Part shown: in pieces, positions 8,838 to 13,719 of the stretch | How the letters are laid out: every line of letters begins with the position of its first letter | Numbering within the stretch: the stretch's first letter is position 1 | Assembly: GCA_030603385.1 (NCBI GenBank) | Contig: JAUVXW010000050.1 | Coordinates: forward strand, 1-13,719 | Reading direction: 5' to 3' | DNA from: Promethearchaeota archaeon | Lineage (GTDB): Archaea; Asgardarchaeota; Lokiarchaeia; Sigyniarchaeales; SOKP01 | Length of the DNA: 13,719 nucleotides | Notes under the pieces: model-generated | What the model saw: only the letters and a program-made list of their open reading frames with translations | What the model was told of the DNA's origin: nothing | Databases searched by the model: none | Made by a program: the position numbers and the translations under genes

Positions 8838-9872
8838 ATGCAAACCTTTAGGATTAATGAATATTTAGAAGTGCGATTGGAAGGGAAGAATACTAACATC
8901 TATGTGAAAGGAAAACCAATTAGAACTTGTAAATACCTGCTTCTCAACATTCCTGCTGAAGAGATTGAGACTTTTGATGAGATAGAGTCAATCGATGAAG
9001 CGGCTGTAAAGCTTGATCACCAGCTCCATAGCAAACGTATTCCTTTAATACCTCCTGAAGTAGAATTCTGGGGTCATTGTTCAAACCTTCAGGTATGGGC
9101 AGAAAATAATTATGATACTCGATTGATCCATAGTAATTTGGCATTTCCCCTTTTGGAACAGATCTACCAAGAAGGAAACTCGGTAGCAACAAAAGTGTTT
9201 AAAGAAGAGATTGCCAAACGGTATGAGAGCGGGTATCAACCAGTTATTGAGTATCTTAGAGAAAAAAACTTCCTAAGACTTCTTTCGACAGCAGAACTCT
9301 CTGCCGTAGGTATTGATCCTAAATTTTTCCTCAAAGACGGGCATTTAGATATTATGATCTTGGGAGATGTAGGAGTAGGGAAACGAACCCTCATTGACTA
9401 TCTTATTGATGGAGAATATAAGGATGCGTCTGCTCGTTCCCCAAAATTGGCAGATGTAAGTCTTTTCGTACAGCATAAATGGCTTACGGTGGATGAAACC
9501 CCTTATCTTTACTTTTTCTATACTTTTGCCAATAGTTTACTAGAGAAACCGATGTTTCTTCATCTGTTTAGGAGAACATTAGGGATTATTCTAGTTTACG
9601 ATATCACCAATAGACAAAGTTTTAATAATCTCTCCCGTTGGGTACCATTCGTGCAAGATATTTTCAAAGGACGTGAAATGGCACCAATACTATTAGTTGG
9701 CACGAAAAGTGACCTTGAAAATGAAAGAGTGGTAAATCGAGAAGAAGGGGAAAAGGTAATGGAGCGATACAAATTGCTAGATCATTACGAGTGTTCGGCG
9801 AAACATGGAGAAAATACTAAAGGAATATTCGAAAAATTAGCCCAAACAATCATTCATAAAATGACATTATAG
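8838..9872 (+). CDS. Fusion of a Loki-type N-terminal domain (FWGHCSNLQVWAE) and a degenerate Rab-like GTPase domain
   Basis: The N-terminal F.INEY...CKYLLLNIP...SIDEAA...FWGHCSNLQVW.ENNYDTRLIHSNLAFPLL domain is one I recall from expanded Lokiarchaeal families. The C-terminus has GDVGVGKRT, LVYDITNRQSF, TKSD and CSAK. Confidence 0.8.
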   Translation: MQTFRINEYLEVRLEGKNTNIYVKGKPIRTCKYLLLNIPAEEIETFDEIESIDEAAVKLDHQLHSKRIPLIPPEVEFWGHCSNLQVWAENNYDTRLIHSNLAFPLLEQIYQEGNSVATKVFKEEIAKRYESGYQPVIEYLREKNFLRLLSTAELSAVGIDPKFFLKDGHLDIMILGDVGVGKRTLIDYLIDGEYKDASARSPKLADVSLFVQHKWLTVDETPYLYFFYTFANSLLEKPMFLHLFRRTLGIILVYDITNRQSFNNLSRWVPFVQDIFKGREMAPILLVGTKSDLENERVVNREEGEKVMERYKLLDHYECSAKHGENTKGIFEKLAQTIIHKMTL

Positions 9873-10074
9873 AGTTAAAAAATATCAAGAGTATGTTTTA
9901 TTTCGTTGTAGTTTTAATGAAATATGGTTGTTTACTTTATAATTTAATACTGATTTCATCATAGAATTTTGGGCTTTTATACTAAAATAATAGAGTTTTG
10001 ATATTTTAATAATTAAAGAATTAACAAGCTAAGAAAAGAAATTTATGATCTCTTTTCATTTAGATTCAAAAAGA

Positions 10075-10557
10075 TTATGACTCTTTTTGAAAGACAACCA
10101 TGAACTTACAGTAATCTTGACCCGTTTGTAAACTGCACCCCGTCTCTTGAGCAAAGCAATTCCGATCACTTAGCTTCTCTACTATTCCTGCTAATAATCC
10201 TGCTTCAAATGAACAAAAGTTCACTGTTGCTTTTATTCCCTTTTTAATAAGATCTTTAATAGATGAATGATCTTTCATTTTTAGCTCAACTATTTCATCT
10301 GAACTCTCTGTTATTTCAATGTCTCCTATATTGAATTGAGATATAATATCTCTTAATTCGTTTGGGATTTGAGAGATATCTTTTGCTTGTTTTACTTTTA
10401 ACGTACTGCCTAACTCATGGCCGATGTAGTAGTGAAGTGCCTCGAGTTGCGATCCTAAAGCTAGTAAGGCTCCAACCTTCATATCCCCGATAGCTTTTCC
10501 CTCCTTCAAATTCTTTCTCATTTGGGCTAAAATTTTTGAGAGTAATTGTCTATCCAT
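10075..10557 (-). CDS. V4R-domain protein
   Basis: YYIGHELG, FCSFEAGLLAGIVE and ETGC....DYCKF V4R signature. Confidence 0.85.
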   Translation of the reverse strand: MDRQLLSKILAQMRKNLKEGKAIGDMKVGALLALGSQLEALHYYIGHELGSTLKVKQAKDISQIPNELRDIISQFNIGDIEITESSDEIVELKMKDHSSIKDLIKKGIKATVNFCSFEAGLLAGIVEKLSDRNCFAQETGCSLQTGQDYCKFMVVFQKES

Positions 10558-10642
10558 ACTTTATCACTTTTTTCTTTTAAGTTAATATTTTATTTTATTT
10601 CTAGTTTATTTTACAATACACTAACATTTTTTGAATTTTTTT

Positions 10643-10942
10643 TCATATTTTTACTGATGTGATGAATGCGTATAGGACAGCATCAATGATTTCTTCTTCC
10701 GTAATATTTACAGATAATTTTTTATCTGCTATTATCAATGTTGGGACTGAAGTAATCCGATATTCTTGTGTAAAATGTCGATTTTCTTCTAAGTCAATTG
10801 AGATTTTTTCAATTCTTAATTTTTTACCAAACAGTGAAATATTTATTCTCTTCAGTTTTTCTTCTATGGGGATACAAGGGGCGCAATGGCTCGATGAGAA
10901 AAATAGTATTTTCGGATAGCCTTGATCAATATCATCGTACAT
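10643..10942 (-). CDS. Thioredoxin-like protein (CAPC)
   Basis: ILFFSSSHCAPC active-site motif and ITSVPTLII cis-Pro motif; it starts 3 nt after the GTPase stop. Confidence 0.88.
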   Translation of the reverse strand: MYDDIDQGYPKILFFSSSHCAPCIPIEEKLKRINISLFGKKLRIEKISIDLEENRHFTQEYRITSVPTLIIADKKLSVNITEEEIIDAVLYAFITSVKI

Positions 10943-10945
10943 TTT

Positions 10946-11518
10946 TTAAGCTTCTTTGTATTTATGATATAAATTTTTAATTATTGCTTGAAAGGCTTGA
11001 AACACACCTTGTCCGGTCTTAGCAGATGTCTTGTAATATCCAAGAAAGTCCTTTTCTTTCACTATCTTTTCAACCTTCTCATCATCTACCTCATTTTCGT
11101 CAACCAAATCGGTTTTATTGCCGAATAAAACAATGGGGAGTTCTCCGGTATAACTTTTGATATCCTCATGCCAATTTGCGATATTATTAAAACTTTCATC
11201 ATCTGTATGGCTGAATACTATGATAGCGGCTTTTGAGCCTTTATAAAACGTCGGTCTCATGAAATCAAATTCTCTTTGACCTGCAATATCCCAAAAAAAT
11301 AATTTGCAATTGTTTCCTTCAATTTCTTCATCATATTTCGAAAATTGTGCCCCCAAAGTTTTAATATAATCTTTTTTAAAGCTTCCTTGAGTATATTTTT
11401 TAATTAGGCTCGTCTTTCCAACGGCTCCATCGCCGATGACAATGATCGTCAACGATTAATTATCGAAGACAGTAATCTTAAAGACAAAGCCTTTTGCAAC
11501 ATCATCATTTTTTCCCAT
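10946..11518 (-). CDS. Rab-like small GTPase split by a 30-nt insert: exon 1 11472..11518, exon 2 10946..11441; spliced product 180 aa
   Basis: ATG at 11518 with SD GGAGTGA reads MGKNDDVAKGFVFKITV-[FDN*SLTIIV]-IGDGAVGKTS in a single frame. G2 TLG, G3 WDIAGQ, G4 NKTD and G5 SAK are intact. Confidence 0.88.
11442..11471 (-). other. Candidate 30-nt BHB-like (HBh') archaeal mRNA intron
   Basis: Sequence 5'-UGUCUUCGAUAAUUAAUCGUUGACGAUCAU-3'. It has a 4-bp central helix GAUU/GAUC, a 3-nt bulge ACU, and intron stems GUC/GAC and CGAU/AUCG. It contains an in-frame UAA (11456-11458), and excision restores KITVIGDGAVGKT. Confidence 0.7.
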
Positions 11519-11523
11519 TTAAT

Positions 11524-11530
11524 TCACTCC
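11524..11530 (-). promoter_or_regulatory. Shine-Dalgarno site for the split GTPase
   Basis: GGAGTGA lies 5 nt upstream of ATG 11518 on the minus strand. Confidence 0.7.
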
Positions 11531-11668
11531 GTAAAATTTTATTTAAGATTTTTTCCGTTATTTATGCAATAATTTTAAAATTATTAGATATTATTTTTTA
11601 TTTATTTTTATTTGTTATTAATTTATATTAATAATAATAACTCGTTTTAAATGTTTACATCGAGATAG

Positions 11669-12112
11669 ATGGCTCAAAATTTAGATGATATGCAATTTTG
11701 CACGAATTGTAAAATGAATGTGTTTCCTACAAGACCCAAATTCAACATTAAAATATTTGGATTATTTTTTATTCTTGTTTCGGCAACAATTATCCCCATT
11801 ACAATTATATCAATTCCTATTTTATCAGGACTTTTTATATTTCTATTCTTAATGTGGGGCTTCATGCTGATAAATCCCTACCTGATCTATTATAGTACTA
11901 GGAAAAAGCAATTTTGTCCAAGATGTTATCAAAAAGTTATTGAGAAAAACTTGGATTATTATCCATTTGGAGATAAAGAACCTGAAGTTTATAAGCTTAT
12001 AGCCCCCCCCAAAAAATCAATTAATTGGCATTGCCCTTATTGTGGAAATTCCTTGATTGAAGGAGCAAGATTTTGCAAGTCATGTGGGAAAAAATTTGAG
12101 ATTCAAAGGTGA
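11669..12112 (+). CDS. Membrane zinc-ribbon protein with LITAF-like architecture and a C-terminal zinc ribbon
   Basis: CTNC, a long hydrophobic hairpin, CPRC, then CPYC...CKSC. Confidence 0.7.
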   Translation: MAQNLDDMQFCTNCKMNVFPTRPKFNIKIFGLFFILVSATIIPITIISIPILSGLFIFLFLMWGFMLINPYLIYYSTRKKQFCPRCYQKVIEKNLDYYPFGDKEPEVYKLIAPPKKSINWHCPYCGNSLIEGARFCKSCGKKFEIQR

Positions 12113-12603
12113 TTAAAAGTATGAATGTTTTAGAAAGAATAGATAAAATCATTAAAACCTATACTACAAAGAGCTTAAAAATTGCCGTTGCCGAGTCATG
12201 TACAGGAGGATATGTTTCACACATGTTCACAAATATTTCTGGAGCCTCTAAAGTATTTGAAAGAGGAATTGTTTGTTATAGCAATCAAGCAAAAATAGAT
12301 TTACTGAATGTAGAACGTAAAACCCTTGAAATTCATGGTGCTGTATCTGAAAATGTTGTAAAACAATTAGCCTATAACATAAGAACACTATCAAATGTTG
12401 ATATTGGGATTGGTATTAGTGGCATTGCTGGACCAACAGGCGGTACTCCTGAAAAACCCGTTGGCACAGTCTATATTGGATTCTCAACGGAAGAAGAAAC
12501 TCAAGCTAATAGATTTGATTTTAAGGCAGATAGGATAATGTTTAAAAAAATGGTTTTAGAGAAAATTATAGAACATTTAGAGCAAATAGTGAAAATAAAC
12601 TAA
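12109..12603 (+). CDS. pncC: CinA C-terminal domain / nicotinamide-mononucleotide deamidase (PncC family)
   Basis: AVAESCTGG, GAS.VF..G.V.YSN.AK, HGAVSE and GISGIAGPTGGTPEKPVGTV. The start is GTG 12109 (overlapping) or ATG 12121. Confidence 0.9.
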   Translation: MIKSMNVLERIDKIIKTYTTKSLKIAVAESCTGGYVSHMFTNISGASKVFERGIVCYSNQAKIDLLNVERKTLEIHGAVSENVVKQLAYNIRTLSNVDIGIGISGIAGPTGGTPEKPVGTVYIGFSTEEETQANRFDFKADRIMFKKMVLEKIIEHLEQIVKIN

Positions 12604-12634
12604 AATATTAACGATTATAATATTTTAAATCATT

Positions 12635-13657
12635 TTAAATTAATTTTCCATTTTCCATTATAGTTCTTTTAGTACCTTCTTTATATTCTACAGTAATATT
12701 TGCGTTAGGAGCAGTAACAAAATCCCAATGCATTTGAGAGGTCGAAGTTCCACCGAAGGATTTATTAAATCCAAATGCAACGTGAACACTTCCATTTATT
12801 TTTTCATCAGTAAGAATATATCCAATAGCTTTTGTTATAACAGGATTACATCCTATACCGAGTTCTCCAATATTATATGTCCTAAGTTCAGGAACATTAT
12901 TTGCTCTATCGATCTGTTCACTTTGCTTAAAAGCATCAGTTAGAACATCTAAATTAGAGTCTGCTGTGACTTTCTCAAGTAATAATTTTCCATCTTTAAA
13001 AGGCAATTCTACGTTTTTTACAAATTTATGAGTGTATCTTTCTTTAGTCAAAGGACAAAATATCTTTCCTTCTCCTCGAGTCTCTATAGGTGCGAAAAAG
13101 ACTTCACCCGCAGGTAGATTTCCTCCTAGATCACCCAAAGCTATTTGTTCTTCTGATAAAATTCCGTCATCAAGTATCTTTACTCTATTTTCGACCGAAA
13201 CCCAGAATTCTGTACCATAACTATCGCTCACATACACTTTTTTTGCATTTTCGAACTTATCTCCTAAATTTTTCACTATTCTTGTGAACTCTTCGGTTGG
13301 AATACACATTCCATCTACAATGAATTTTTCAAATAAATTATAATCGATATTAAAAAATTTAGCTGCTTTTTTCGAAGGCCAAGCGGCATAACACCATTTC
13401 TTACCAGGAGCATATTCCTCTTTAAAACCATAGAGTATATTCCTAATAGGTGCTATTGATTTTTGATAAGCCTTAAGTTTTTCTTTTGGAGCTTTATAGC
13501 GAATAGAAGGATCTTCAAGTTGTTCTATTGCGATGTAGGCATCAATATTCTCTATTAATTTCAAATAATGCAGAGGTGGGGTAATTTTATAAATGAATGA
13601 AGAATTATAAAGTCTTTCAACGCCATTCGCTTGTAAAATCTTTCTACCCGCTTTTTT
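12635..13657 (-). CDS. M29 (thermophilic metalloprotease/aminopeptidase T) family protein; 5' end unclear, possibly truncated
   Basis: GNLPAGEVFFAP, GELGIGCNP, DEKINGSVHVAFG and HWDFV motifs. The frame stays open upstream of TTG 13564 to a TAA at 13658-13660, with no in-frame ATG. Confidence 0.8.
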   Translation of the reverse strand, partial: KKAGRKILQANGVERLYNSSFIYKITPPLHYLKLIENIDAYIAIEQLEDPSIRYKAPKEKLKAYQKSIAPIRNILYGFKEEYAPGKKWCYAAWPSKKAAKFFNIDYNLFEKFIVDGMCIPTEEFTRIVKNLGDKFENAKKVYVSDSYGTEFWVSVENRVKILDDGILSEEQIALGDLGGNLPAGEVFFAPIETRGEGKIFCPLTKERYTHKFVKNVELPFKDGKLLLEKVTADSNLDVLTDAFKQSEQIDRANNVPELRTYNIGELGIGCNPVITKAIGYILTDEKINGSVHVAFGFNKSFGGTSTSQMHWDFVTAPNANITVEYKEGTKRTIMENGKLI

Positions 13658-13719
13658 TTATCTTTCACCTCATTAACGCCAAGAACTAATTTGAATATTT
13701 AAGAATTTTATCGGTCTTA

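Noticed and set aside
11456-11458. Stop-codon recoding (Sec/Pyl readthrough) as the explanation for the GTPase stop
   Set aside because: The codon is UAA, not UGA or UAG, and readthrough would leave 10 extra residues in beta1.
11445-11465. Alternative BHB register (helix UGUC/GACG) giving a 21-nt intron
   Set aside because: The flanking pairing is weaker, and the product KITVFIVIG keeps three extra residues relative to the paralog.
5158-13287. Other short antisense ORFs (5158, 7369, 8157, 8944, 10659, 10798, 11674, 12728, 13032, 13090)
   Set aside because: Each overlaps a well-supported gene on the opposite strand and lacks protein-like features.
1-13719. CRISPR arrays, tRNA/rRNA genes and IS elements
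   Set aside because: No regularly spaced repeats, cloverleaf or rRNA-like segments, or transposase motifs were seen.

Overview
AT-rich archaeal window with the hallmarks of an Asgard (Lokiarchaeia/Promethearchaeia-like) genome: TBP, CDC48/VCP, a PSTK/Kti12-type kinase, three Ras/Rab-like small GTPase genes, a V4R protein, a probable longin-wHTH protein and a LITAF-like zinc-ribbon membrane protein, among metabolic genes (xylulokinase, M24 and M29 peptidases, acylphosphatase, PncC/CinA-C). The main finding is that the small GTPase gene at 10946..11518 (-) appears split by a 30-nt insert (11442..11471) carrying an in-frame stop. By hand, the insert folds into a relaxed bulge-helix-bulge (HBh'/BHL) motif whose predicted EndA cut sites excise exactly 30 nt and restore ...FVFKITVIGDGAVGKT. 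It is therefore a candidate tRNA-type (EndA-spliced) mRNA micro-intron in an Asgard eukaryotic-signature gene. All calls come from motif recognition; no searches or folding programs were run.
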